Of a DNA stretch of 64,000 nucleotides, positions 44,748 to 53,488 are shown in pieces. This DNA is from a virus. Lineage: Duplodnaviria > Heunggongvirae > Uroviricota > Caudoviricetes > Thumleimavirales > Hafunaviridae. Location: positions 12,760-76,759 of IMG/VR virus record IMGVR_UViG_2974793816_000001; one strand, written 5' to 3'. The notes under the pieces were generated by a model. That model was not told the origin of the DNA and ran no database searches. It saw only the letters and a program-made list of their open reading frames with translations. Numbering within the stretch: the stretch's first letter is position 1; each line of letters starts with the position of its first letter. A program made the translations under genes and the position numbers.

Positions 44748-45229
44748 AGCTCGATTTCGTCTCGCCACTTCTCCGAGAAGAACTCGGGTTCGTACTTCCA
44801 CTTATTTATCGACGGGTCGTTACGGTACAGTTCGTTCGTCAGCTCCACCATCTCGTAGAAGCCCTGCTTCGTCAGGTACTCCTTCTCCCGATACGCCGGG
44901 AGGATTTCTCCCATGAAGATGGAAGCCAACTCGCTCTGCTGAATCAGGTACGGAGCCAGCGGCCCGTAGAACCGCTCGATTGATTCAGCATCCGAGATTT
45001 TGAACAGCATCGTCGTTCCGCTATCTTTGATTTCCCACCGGACTCCCTGCTCGGAACAGTATTCCTCGAACAGCCCGAACACGGCAGTTTGTGGGTCGCT
45101 ACGACTAATTTGAACGTATGGTTCTATCTTGTATCCTGTCTTGAAATCGCTATCCTCGCTGATTTCCACTCGGAACCGACCGAGTGAATCGACTACTCCG
45201 GCTATGTACGCTACGTCGTCCTCTTTCAT
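44744..45229 (-). CDS. LAGLIDADG-like homing endonuclease candidate
   Basis: 161 aa with an N-terminal AYIAGVVDSLGRF segment resembling a single LAGLIDADG motif. Flanked by family-1 elements. Confidence 0.3.
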   Translation of the reverse strand: MKEDDVAYIAGVVDSLGRFRVEISEDSDFKTGYKIEPYVQISRSDPQTAVFGLFEEYCSEQGVRWEIKDSGTTMLFKISDAESIERFYGPLAPYLIQQSELASIFMGEILPAYREKEYLTKQGFYEMVELTNELYRNDPSINKWKYEPEFFSEKWRDEIEL

Positions 45230-45280
45230 ACCCGGCCAGTACGGGCCGGGTGGGTGTTAAGTCATTCATTGTTCACGAAT

Positions 45281-45337
45281 CTAAAGACTTAGAATCGGTA
45301 TCTTTAAGTCCTTAGTTCCCGTCTATTAGAGTGAGGA
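45281..45337 (-). promoter_or_regulatory. family-1 repeat element (reverse orientation)
   Basis: Reverse complement reads CTCCTCACTCTAATAGACGGGAACTAAGGACTTAAAGATACCGATTCTAAGTCTTTAG. Lies upstream of the minus gene at 45229. Confidence 0.45.
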
Positions 45338-45411
45338 GTTCTTCCGAACGGGTTACTAACCAGTATAGTACCTACTCTACTCTAACACTCTACTACACTC
45401 TGTTAGGTAAA

Positions 45412-45480
45412 GAGACTCGATGAAGTGAATCTCTCTTAGTTATACACTTAGTAGTTATACAGTAGTAGTTATACAGTTAG
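45412..45480 (+). promoter_or_regulatory. family-2 element (GAGACTCGATGAAGTGAATCTCTC box + TAGTTATACA x3 direct repeats)
   Basis: Three near-perfect 14-15-bp direct repeats. Lies upstream of the + gene at 45520. Confidence 0.4.
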
Positions 45481-45519
45481 TGGCCTCTCTCGGGGGAATC
45501 TCACTTGAGATGATATTCT

Positions 45520-45999
45520 ATGGAAACTCTAACCGAGAAGCAACCACCTGAAGCACTAACTCCCGATACCGAAAACGCGACCTATTTCGACCCGAACGAG
45601 CGGAACAGCACGCCGGACAAGTTCAGACGGCTGATGCTCTACAATCGGGGAACGTGGCACGACCGCCGCGAAGAAAACAAGCGAGTCACCCACCGACAGG
45701 ATAACCTCGCTATCCTCGACTCCCTTTCCGGCCAGCTCGAATTGACTCGGTTCCAGAAGCAGAAGGCGCGGAGAATCTATGACAAACTCGACCTACAAAA
45801 CCTCGGCAAGCCAGCTTGTCTCGTTGCTTTTGGCGTCTGTGCTGTCGTGGCTAACGACGACGTTCACGATGGGACTCGTTACTGGCCGACCGCCAACGAA
45901 ACCTGCGAGCTGTTCGAGTCCATCTCGGACAATCTCGGGTTCACGGAGAACCAGCAACTCAGCATCATTCTCACCATCGACCACCGGAGGTCGGAATGA
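45520..45999 (+). CDS. hypothetical protein
   Basis: 159-aa ORF downstream of the iteron-like repeats. Confidence 0.35.
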   Translation: METLTEKQPPEALTPDTENATYFDPNERNSTPDKFRRLMLYNRGTWHDRREENKRVTHRQDNLAILDSLSGQLELTRFQKQKARRIYDKLDLQNLGKPACLVAFGVCAVVANDDVHDGTRYWPTANETCELFESISDNLGFTENQQLSIILTIDHRRSE

Positions 46000-46460
46000 G
46001 CGAGTTTACGATTCTTCGGGATACCCGAGAACACGACGGTCACGGGTACTGGTTCGAGGATTACCCGGTCGATGTGAAGGAAAAGAAAATGCGTACCGGA
46101 GACTACGCCGTAGAGCAACCGGGCTACTACGGGAAGCACGGTACGTATGTCCCTCCCTTTGCCGTAGAGCGGAAGGCAAAGGGCGACTTCCTCAACTCCA
46201 TCACTCACGAACGCGACCGCTTCGAGAGGGAGTTGGGACGAGCGGATGATTGGGATGCTCCGATGCCGGTCGTCGTTGAAGCTCCGTGGCTCGATTTCAC
46301 TCAGGGGAATTACTACCGAAATGTGAATCCGAACTCGATTATCGGGACTGTTGAGAAGTGGCCCGGCTACTACAACGTTGATTTCTTCTTCAAGCCAACT
46401 GTCGCTGACGCCGAGCAGTTCACCTTCGAGTTCCTTCGCTGGTGGAACAACCGTTCTTGA
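45996..46460 (+). CDS. PD-(D/E)xK nuclease (Hjc/restriction-endonuclease-like)
   Basis: GDYAVE...AVERKAKGDF gives a D...E-x-K arrangement. 4-nt overlap with the upstream gene. Confidence 0.4.
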   Translation: MSEFTILRDTREHDGHGYWFEDYPVDVKEKKMRTGDYAVEQPGYYGKHGTYVPPFAVERKAKGDFLNSITHERDRFERELGRADDWDAPMPVVVEAPWLDFTQGNYYRNVNPNSIIGTVEKWPGYYNVDFFFKPTVADAEQFTFEFLRWWNNRS

Positions 46461-46777
46461 GCGCCGTGGATTCTGTCAACTTTCTTCTGACGAATCACGA
46501 TACTCCTTGGGTTGCCTAACTCTGCCGCTGATTCCCGCCCTATACGCTCACTATTCGTACCGTTCGTGCTTGATAACATCGCTTAATGCTACGACTTTTC
46601 CGTGAGACAAAATCACTCGGTCAGTAGAAGATAGAACGCTCAGGGCGCACTCCGAGTGGAAAAGATAATTTTCTGTGATTTTTCTGCCAATACGTGAAGT
46701 TTTGACGATGAACGCACTCATTTAGTGTTCAATACTCGATTTTAACTCATCGAGGGGAGTGTACCGCAGTATTTCGA

Positions 46778-46960
46778 TTACGACTTTGGCTTCTTCCTGC
46801 CTTTCAACCGCTGGCGTTCTGCTACTTCCTTCATCTTCTCGTGACGATTCTTGTTCCGTTCTTCAGACACCATTTTCTGAAGCATGAACAGGGGAAGGAG
46901 GACGACCGCCCCAACTGTAAAAGCTCCAAAAACCATCAGACCGGCGACCAGCTCACTCAC
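46778..46960 (-). CDS. small membrane protein
   Basis: 60 aa with a hydrophobic helix. Confidence 0.3.
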   Translation of the reverse strand: MSELVAGLMVFGAFTVGAVVLLPLFMLQKMVSEERNKNRHEKMKEVAERQRLKGRKKPKS

Positions 46961-47300
46961 GGTTCTCAGACACCCATGTTACTGCCGTGGCAAGGGCGCT
47001 CATCATCTCCATGAAATACGGCCCGGTCTGTTGAGGGAAAACGGGGTATCCGTCTTCAATATACTCGTCGGGTGTTCCCTCGTTCACTATCTCGAACTCT
47101 CGAACGACGATGTTGTATCCCTCGTCGGGGTCGTCGTTCTCCGGGTACACCTCCACTTCAACGCACTTCTCGTAGTTGACGAGCCGGAAGTCATAGCCCC
47201 CGGTGGCCCCGCTGATTGGGACGTACTCCCAATCGTACTTCGTGAGGTCGGGGCCGACGTGGTTGCCGGTCGTGTCCGTCTTGACCCCCATCACAACCAC
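46953..47300 (-). CDS. hypothetical protein
   Basis: 115-aa acidic ORF. Confidence 0.3.
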   Translation of the reverse strand: MVVMGVKTDTTGNHVGPDLTKYDWEYVPISGATGGYDFRLVNYEKCVEVEVYPENDDPDEGYNIVVREFEIVNEGTPDEYIEDGYPVFPQQTGPYFMEMMSALATAVTWVSENRE

Positions 47301-47587
47301 CCGAGGTCTTCAGCAATATCCTTCCCGACCCTCGCCTTTCGCTCGGCGGCGTACTCATCCCGCTCGATGCTTTCGACCGCCGCGAGCCACGCTTGGCGTG
47401 CTTTTTCCTCGGGGATAACTGAATGGGCGTTCCCCAAGTCCAGTTCCCGAACGTAGTAGTCGTAAGTCTCTGCTATCTCGGTGGACTCATCGCCCGTGTT
47501 CGGGGCGTAACCTGCCGCGACCGCCGGGCAAGAGCATCCACCAATCGTGTCCTTTCCGTAAGCGAAGTTTTGGGTTTGCGTACTCAT
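47291..47587 (-). CDS. hypothetical protein
   Basis: 98-aa ORF with a CSCPAVAAG segment. Confidence 0.3.
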   Translation of the reverse strand: MSTQTQNFAYGKDTIGGCSCPAVAAGYAPNTGDESTEIAETYDYYVRELDLGNAHSVIPEEKARQAWLAAVESIERDEYAAERKARVGKDIAEDLGWL

Positions 47588-48036
47588 TGTTCGTAGACGA
47601 CCTCGTACTTGTCACCGACCCGAACCCGAACGTACCCGTCACCGTAGTCGTTCGGCGGGTCACAATCCACAATCTCGATTTCCTCGAAGTCCGTGATTTC
47701 CACGGCCACCAGAGCGTCTTCGTACAAACGCTCGATGAAGCCCCACTCGTTGTGGTAGTCTTCTTCCGACGCGAGGTAAGCCACGTCCGGCTCACCGTCG
47801 CGGAGTAGAACCACGCGCTCCACGTCGCATCGAAGCGACCGCATTTCCTCACACTCCCATCCCTCTCCCCATCGACCCTCGGCGTAGTGACACGCCTCGA
47901 TGAAGATTGCCGCTCCGTCCTCGAAGATGGGGTAGTCCGGCTCGCAGGGCATCCACTCGTGGTCGTGAGAATGGTCGGGAGCGTTCCACGGCGCTCGTGG
48001 GTCGCCAGCCGACGTACCCGGCGGGTAGTTGCTCAC
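47584..48036 (-). CDS. hypothetical protein
   Basis: 150-aa acidic ORF. Confidence 0.35.
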   Translation of the reverse strand: MSNYPPGTSAGDPRAPWNAPDHSHDHEWMPCEPDYPIFEDGAAIFIEACHYAEGRWGEGWECEEMRSLRCDVERVVLLRDGEPDVAYLASEEDYHNEWGFIERLYEDALVAVEITDFEEIEIVDCDPPNDYGDGYVRVRVGDKYEVVYEQ

Positions 48037-48326
48037 GCTTCCACCTCTCGCCGCGTGGAGGACGGCCCGTAGCTCAGGATAGCCGAGAACGAGAGCGACT
48101 TTCGCTCGCCCCTACTCAGGTCGTGTTCGTCGGCGTGCTTTTCCACGATTTCCGTCTGCCGGTCGCCATCGAGGTAGTGGTCAGCGTACCAACCACTCCC
48201 GTACTCGTCGGGGTTCTCCAGCACTTCATCGAAATCGAGGGGCGGTTCTGCCTCCGCGTACATCTCGCGGAGAACGTCGTTAAGGACTTCTCGTAGGTTT
48301 GTCATAGGTTGAATCGCTCGTTCCAC
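48033..48326 (-). CDS. hypothetical protein
   Basis: 97-aa ORF. Confidence 0.3.
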   Translation of the reverse strand: MERAIQPMTNLREVLNDVLREMYAEAEPPLDFDEVLENPDEYGSGWYADHYLDGDRQTEIVEKHADEHDLSRGERKSLSFSAILSYGPSSTRREVEA

Positions 48327-48442
48327 CGGGGGTTGTCCATGAACGTCGTACCACAGTCAGGACACTCGAACGTCGTCTCACGTCCGTCCTGTAACACGGC
48401 TGTACCGGGGCACTCTACGCAGGCCCTCGTCTCCGCCATCAC
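48302..48442 (-). CDS. zinc-ribbon micro-protein
   Basis: CVECPGT...CPDCGTTF. Start set at an internal Met to avoid overlapping the upstream gene. Confidence 0.3.
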   Translation of the reverse strand: MMAETRACVECPGTAVLQDGRETTFECPDCGTTFMDNPRWNERFNL

Positions 48443-48870
48443 TCGTCTCCGTGAACCACCGGGGCGATTGCGAGGTACTGCTCGGAGTCCTCGGGCTTCA
48501 CCACGAGAATGAAGTTCCACTCGGGGTGGATGAACAGCGCCTCCGGGTTCTCCCGAAGGTTCACGTCGAAGAACTCCTCGGCGTGGTCGAAGTAGGAGAA
48601 CTGAACGCGGGTCTTCTTGCTCTCGTCGCCTTCCTCCGGGTAGAGGTCAACGTAGTGGCCGTTGTCCGTTCGCTGAACGTCCACCGGGTGTTCCGACGCG
48701 AGCTGGTAGTCCCACGTAATCCGCTTGTTCTTCTTCCTCAGGTCGTCCCCGTAGGTTCCGAGGCAGACCGTGTTTTCGTCGTTCTCGATTGCGCCCTCCA
48801 GCGTGTCGGTGTTGACGCTACCGAACAGTTCCTCGAACTTCTCATCATCAGTTGTAGTGGTAACACTCAT
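48439..48870 (-). CDS. hypothetical protein
   Basis: 143-aa acidic ORF. Confidence 0.35.
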   Translation of the reverse strand: MSVTTTTDDEKFEELFGSVNTDTLEGAIENDENTVCLGTYGDDLRKKNKRITWDYQLASEHPVDVQRTDNGHYVDLYPEEGDESKKTRVQFSYFDHAEEFFDVNLRENPEALFIHPEWNFILVVKPEDSEQYLAIAPVVHGDE

Positions 48871-49298
48871 TATTGGTTCTCTGAGACTTTGCCGCGAAGC
48901 TCATACAGAGTCTTCACGAACTCCGTCATGTTCTCGAAGCTACTCCGCTCGACCTTCTCGCCGTCGTAGTACCCCGATTGGTTGTCTCGAACCATATCGA
49001 GGCAATCGTCGCACAGTCCGTTTCGAGGGCCGGGAGTCTCGTTGCCGCACACCTCGAAGTATTCGCACTCCCAATCCTCTGCTTGCGGTTCTCGCTGAGC
49101 GGTGTTGTGCTTCGTGTGGGTCGTATTGACCCCGAGCTTGTCCATCCAGTAGGAGATTGTCCCGGCTGAACAGCCAAGCTCGTCGCCCATCTCAGACTGG
49201 TCAAGTCCTTTGTCGTGATACAGCTCACGGAGCGTTTCTTTGTCCTTCCACGCTTCCTTCTCGGGGATTTCCGCCCCGAAGTCAGCGAGAGTAGACAT
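48870..49298 (-). CDS. HTH transcription regulator
   Basis: LGCSAGTISYWMDKLGV helix-turn-helix, plus a C-terminal Cys cluster CEYFEVCG...CDDC. Confidence 0.4.
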   Translation of the reverse strand: MSTLADFGAEIPEKEAWKDKETLRELYHDKGLDQSEMGDELGCSAGTISYWMDKLGVNTTHTKHNTAQREPQAEDWECEYFEVCGNETPGPRNGLCDDCLDMVRDNQSGYYDGEKVERSSFENMTEFVKTLYELRGKVSENQ

Positions 49299-49474
49299 TA
49301 GTGAAGCCTCCGTTCTTTGAACTCCTCGATGTGGATTGACTCGAACTGTTCCTCACCGTCTTTGTACCCAACGGAACACCACACGTAGGGGTGTTCGGGG
49401 GACGGCCCGGCCTTAACCAAAACGCGACCGTAACCACGGAGGTCGTAGCCGCTTCCTTTTGCTGGTGCTTTCAT
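49298..49474 (-). CDS. hypothetical small protein
   Basis: Internal-Met start MKAPAKG. Coupled by ATGA to the upstream micro-ORF. Confidence 0.25.
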   Translation of the reverse strand: MKAPAKGSGYDLRGYGRVLVKAGPSPEHPYVWCSVGYKDGEEQFESIHIEEFKERRLH

Positions 49475-49607
49475 AGATTCTCCAGAACCTTCTTGCCACA
49501 CTTGAAGCAGGTGTAGCTCGCTTCTCCATCGTCGTCGTATCTCAGTCCGAATACGATTCCGTAGGAGCCGTTTTCGCGGGCTGATTCGCCGCACTCGGTA
49601 CACGGCA
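49470..49607 (-). CDS. 45-aa zinc-ribbon micro-protein
   Basis: Not in the ORF track. MPCTECGESARENGSYGIVFGLRYDDDGEASYTCFKCGKKVLENL. Confidence 0.3.
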
Positions 49608-49757
49608 TTACTCTAAGAGGCCGTCTCCATCGGGTTCATACTCTCCTCCGAATCCATCCAGTAGGTCGGGAAGGGGTGAGTCGGCAGTAACCAATCGGGC
49701 TGACATACCGACGCTAACAACACGGGGTTGATTCCCCGGTCTTTCACTACGTGACAC

Positions 49758-50024
49758 CTACCACCACCCCTCGAAGCCCATCACTTGACGGGCGAGTTGG
49801 TCGATAGAATCACGTCCGTTCAGGAACAGGACGTTCGACACCATCTGCTTGATAGCATCGAGTCGGGGAAACACCGCTTCCCGAACTTCCATCCACTCCT
49901 TCACGACTCCCCGGAGGGAGCGGGTCTTGTCGTAGAACGCCGCCACCAACTCGGCAGAGAACTGCCGGGCGAGGTTCCACGCTTCGAGCTGTTCGAGGTA
50001 GCGTCCGTGTAGTCCATTATCCAT
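49758..50024 (-). CDS. hypothetical protein
   Basis: 88-aa ORF. Confidence 0.3.
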   Translation of the reverse strand: MDNGLHGRYLEQLEAWNLARQFSAELVAAFYDKTRSLRGVVKEWMEVREAVFPRLDAIKQMVSNVLFLNGRDSIDQLARQVMGFEGWW

Positions 50025-50423
50025 TTAAGCCGTCACCTCAGGGGCGTGAGCCGGTCGGGTCGAATTGATGCGCCGAACACCGAACACTTCCATCAGGATT
50101 GCCTGATTGTTGTAGTCGGCTCGGGAGTACGCTTTGTAGAGGTCGCCGTCCCACAGCGCCGCGAAGAAGTGACCGCCGTAGTGGTCGAAGTCCTCGGCGT
50201 TACCCTCGTCCAGATTCTCCCACTCCCGAAGGTACTTCTTGACCTCCGTGAGAGCCGAGTTTCGGCTAACCTCCTTGCCGTCTCCGCGTTCGTTCTCCAT
50301 CGTGGTAATGTCGAACTGACACACCTCGATGAGTCGTTCATCAGCTCCGGCCCACCGGAGCAGGGTTCGTTCTTGGTCGGTCAGGTCGGGCGTCGGGTCG
50401 CTGAATTTTGTTAGGTCGTCCAT
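50025..50423 (-). CDS. hypothetical protein
   Basis: 132-aa acidic ORF. Confidence 0.35.
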   Translation of the reverse strand: MDDLTKFSDPTPDLTDQERTLLRWAGADERLIEVCQFDITTMENERGDGKEVSRNSALTEVKKYLREWENLDEGNAEDFDHYGGHFFAALWDGDLYKAYSRADYNNQAILMEVFGVRRINSTRPAHAPEVTA

Positions 50424-50472
50424 TGGTTGTGTTCCTCTAAGACTCGGAGTGGTATCTATAAGTCTTTACCGA

Positions 50473-50823
50473 TTATCGAACGAAGACCTCGTAGGAGTGA
50501 ACGCGGCTGTCATCGAATCCCATGTAGGGAATCGAGAACTCCCACGTTCGGCCCGCTCCGAGGTTATTGATGTTGTCGAACCCGCTCTCCAACTGAGTTC
50601 CACGAGAATCGTAGAACACGCCTTCAACTTGGGCGTAGGAGAGTCGCCGGTTCGAGGTGTTCTTCGCGGTTCCTACAATCTCTAACCCACCAAACATCCC
50701 ACTCGATGCTCGGTGGCTTGTGATTTCGAGGCTACTGCCACCACCAACACATCCAGCGGTGGCGACCACCCCTCCGATTGTAGCTACTGTGCTTGCTGTT
50801 TTCAGAAATTCACGTCGCTTCAT
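50473..50823 (-). CDS. Tat-signal lipoprotein
   Basis: MKRREFLKTASTVATIGGVVATAGCVGG: twin-arginine motif plus lipobox. Confidence 0.45.
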   Translation of the reverse strand: MKRREFLKTASTVATIGGVVATAGCVGGGSSLEITSHRASSGMFGGLEIVGTAKNTSNRRLSYAQVEGVFYDSRGTQLESGFDNINNLGAGRTWEFSIPYMGFDDSRVHSYEVFVR

Positions 50824-50833
50824 AATTGCTGGT

Positions 50834-50893
50834 CAGCTCATCAAAGGCCGGGGCGACCACCCCCCGACGACACCGAAAACAGGTGTTTCGCCG
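50834..50893 (-). ncRNA. hammerhead-like structured RNA element, copy 2 (5' leader of the lipoprotein gene)
   Basis: Minus strand reads CGGC-GAA-ACACC(UGUUUUC)GGUGU-C-GUCGGGG(GGUGGUCG)CCCCGGC-CUUUGAUGA-GCUG. It begins at the stop codon of the upstream gene. Confidence 0.4.
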
Positions 50894-51136
50894 TTATACG
50901 TTCTCAGGAAGCTCGGTGACTCCAGCGGGGCCACCAATCTCGAACTGTTCTCCACATTCTCCGCACTCCACGACGGTTAGAACCCACACCCCACCGACTC
51001 CACCTCGAACCCGAGTAGGGCTTGCTCCACCGCGCCGCCCGGCAACCTCGATTTTTGACTCCCCAAGCTCCTCGTCACACGAGGGACACGATACATCACC
51101 GTTCACGTCGTCAGCGGTTTGGACTGTTTTACTCAT
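50894..51136 (-). CDS. zinc-ribbon protein
   Basis: CPSCDEE...CGECGEQF. Confidence 0.35.
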   Translation of the reverse strand: MSKTVQTADDVNGDVSCPSCDEELGESKIEVAGRRGGASPTRVRGGVGGVWVLTVVECGECGEQFEIGGPAGVTELPENV

Positions 51137-51407
51137 CTTCAGGTTCCTCGAACGTAATCCTCAGCTCGTCGTCGGTTGCTTCAACCCACAAGAACTTCTT
51201 ATCCTCGACGGGTTCGAGCGCCATCGAGTGTTCGAGATAGTTGAGTTTCATCCCGCCGATTCGGATTCGGGACTTGTCCGTTTCGTAGGTCGTTGAGTCC
51301 TCCATGTAGGCTCCGACCACTCGGACTTTTCCAGATTCCTGTTTCAGAATCTCAACCATCTCAAAAGTAGCTGTTCCAGTTATCGTACCGATTGCGTCGT
51401 CGCCCAT
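51129..51407 (-). CDS. hypothetical protein
   Basis: ORF upstream-adjacent to the helicase gene. Start set at an internal Met. Confidence 0.3.
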   Translation of the reverse strand: MGDDAIGTITGTATFEMVEILKQESGKVRVVGAYMEDSTTYETDKSRIRIGGMKLNYLEHSMALEPVEDKKFLWVEATDDELRITFEEPEDE

Positions 51408-51430
51408 GAATCTCCAGTTGTTATGGCTAC

Positions 51431-53236
51431 CTATGAAGGTTGCCGCCACGGGGCGGCTTCCGGGTCGCTCCAATGTTCCGGGGGTTCATCCCGAATCGCC
51501 TCGGTGAACCACTCCGGCGGCTTCGTCCTGTTCATCAGCTTGTTGAACGCCCCGTCGATGATGTAATATGACGCGGCTTCACTCGGCTCCGGGCCACGGA
51601 CAGCTCGCCCCACGGACTGCTGAACATCCAGAGAAGCCGACTCCATGTACCAGTCCCAGTCGTTCCGCTCATCGAGCAGGTAGGACACCCGGTTGTCACC
51701 GAGGTAGGGGTAGGGAACCTTCAAGAGAACCTGCCACCGGCAACGGTCGCCGTGGAGGTCTACGCCCTCCATCATCGACGGAGAGATTAGAATGTCCTTC
51801 TCGCTGTTCACCCACTCCTCAATCATCTCCTCCTTGTCCTTGTCTTGGTCTTGGACGATGACGTTCTTCCGACCGAGGGAGTCAGCGAGCTTTTCGGCCC
51901 GCTTGTAGGAGTTGGTGTGAATCAGGCCGTTCTCCCCCTTGTGGTGAGAGTGAATCTCGCGGATTGTGTTAATGACCTTCCGCCAGTTCTGTTCTTCACC
52001 TTCGCCGCTCATCGAGCCGACGATGGTGTTCTTGTGAATCAGCCGGTGTTCCTCGGGGAACGGCATCGGTCGGCTGATAAGCTTCGTGGAGCCTTCGAGT
52101 CCGATTCGCTCGGCCCACTCAGCGATGTTCTCCCTGTACGGAATCGTCGCGGAGGAAATGACCCTCTTGTTTCCACGGCTCCAAATGAACCGTTCGAGGA
52201 ACTTGTCCACGTCCACCGGACTAATCACCATCTTCTTCTGACCCAACTTGCCGAACTTGCTCACCGTCACCGTCCACGGCCTTCCGTCCTTCACCTCCCG
52301 GTGACAGTATTCGACCTTCTTGATGAAGTCCTTACATTGGTCAACCTCGGCGGTCTTGTTCGGGTCTTCATCGTGGCGGTCAACGAAGTTCGTCGCTCGG
52401 TCGTAGAGGCTGTTGAGGATGTGGGTAATGTCCTCGAAGCGTTCGTAATCCCACGAGATTTTGTCGTCCGTGTTCCGGTAGACCTTGTTCGGGAGAGTCC
52501 ACGGAGAGATTGTGAACCCGGCGAACAGCGAAGCCACTTGGCTTTCGAGGCCGTGACCCTCATCAACAATCACGAGGTCGCGGTTGTCGAACGAAATCTG
52601 TTCCTCCTGAACGTCGTTCACCAGAATCGTCGTCGGCAGGTAGTTGTCCACGACGAGCATAGCGAACGTGAGAGCCGCTATGTCGGCGTCCATCGCTCGG
52701 GCCTTCGACCGCCAGTAGGTACACCCGGCAATAGTTCGGCAGGACTGATTCTCCATCTCGTCGGGGAGAGAGCAGTCCTTACAGTTGTCGCCGCTTGCTC
52801 CGCAGATGTAGTCCTGCCGGGACTTCAGCATCGTGACGTATTCCTGAAGGTCAACGTCGTTGGCGAGCTGATTACGGAGTTGTTTCTGTGGGGTAGTGTA
52901 GAAGGACTTGCCCGACTCGATGCCGTAGAGCTTGTAGTTGAAATGGTCTTCAATCCGACTCTTGTTCTTCTTCAAGTGGGAAATCACCCGACCGAGAGTG
53001 ACGTTGATGGGAGACTTCCCAATCCCGGTGGGGCCGTCGATTACGACGTTCGTGTGCCCCTCGATGAACAGGGCTTCGAGAGCGCCCTTCAGAATCTCAT
53101 CTTGGTAGTCACGGTATCCGGGGAACGGAAATAGGTCGTCAGCGAGGTGAAACAGGTACTCTCGAAGCCCATCTCGATTCCTCGAATAGTTAGCTAACGG
53201 TTCAACTCTCGGGACGCTTTGGCTTACTGAGGACAT
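51431..53236 (-). CDS. XPD/Rad3-family (DinG-like) Fe-S DNA helicase
   Basis: Walker A GPTGIGKS and a DEGH box (VIVDEGHGLE). A four-Cys cluster lies between them (CGASGDNCKDC...C...C). Confidence 0.65.
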   Translation of the reverse strand: MSSVSQSVPRVEPLANYSRNRDGLREYLFHLADDLFPFPGYRDYQDEILKGALEALFIEGHTNVVIDGPTGIGKSPINVTLGRVISHLKKNKSRIEDHFNYKLYGIESGKSFYTTPQKQLRNQLANDVDLQEYVTMLKSRQDYICGASGDNCKDCSLPDEMENQSCRTIAGCTYWRSKARAMDADIAALTFAMLVVDNYLPTTILVNDVQEEQISFDNRDLVIVDEGHGLESQVASLFAGFTISPWTLPNKVYRNTDDKISWDYERFEDITHILNSLYDRATNFVDRHDEDPNKTAEVDQCKDFIKKVEYCHREVKDGRPWTVTVSKFGKLGQKKMVISPVDVDKFLERFIWSRGNKRVISSATIPYRENIAEWAERIGLEGSTKLISRPMPFPEEHRLIHKNTIVGSMSGEGEEQNWRKVINTIREIHSHHKGENGLIHTNSYKRAEKLADSLGRKNVIVQDQDKDKEEMIEEWVNSEKDILISPSMMEGVDLHGDRCRWQVLLKVPYPYLGDNRVSYLLDERNDWDWYMESASLDVQQSVGRAVRGPEPSEAASYYIIDGAFNKLMNRTKPPEWFTEAIRDEPPEHWSDPEAAPWRQPS

Positions 53237-53250
53237 TTTTCAGAAGTATC

Positions 53251-53313
53251 TGGTCGGCTCGTCAACAGCCGGGACGACCAACTCCCGACGACACCCACGG
53301 TGGGTGTTTCGCC
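53251..53313 (-). ncRNA. hammerhead-like structured RNA element, copy 1 (5' leader of the helicase gene)
   Basis: CGGC-GAA-ACACCCAC(CG)GUGGGUGU-C-GUCGGGA(GUUGGUCG)UCCCGGC-UGUUGACGA-GCCG. Covariation against copy 2 in stems I and II. Confidence 0.4.
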
Positions 53314-53488
53314 GTTATTCTTGCCAGTACCGCCGCTCTATGTTGATTATCTCCGATACATCACGCCGGGGCTTCGACTTGCCACGACGCCGCCAGCAAG
53401 CCTTCCTTCGAAGGGAGTAGAAATACTCGTAGTCGGCTTGCTCGATTTTCTCTATGTCTTCTTCCATACTACCGGGGTGACACCGCAG

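Noticed and set aside
46600-46700. Inverted repeat CACTCGG...CCGAGTG followed by T-rich stretch in the convergent gap 46461-46777 as a bidirectional terminator
   Set aside because: The stem is interrupted and long-looped. The T tracts are short and interrupted. Too weak to annotate as a feature, though the 316-nt gap itself may hold regulatory or origin functions.
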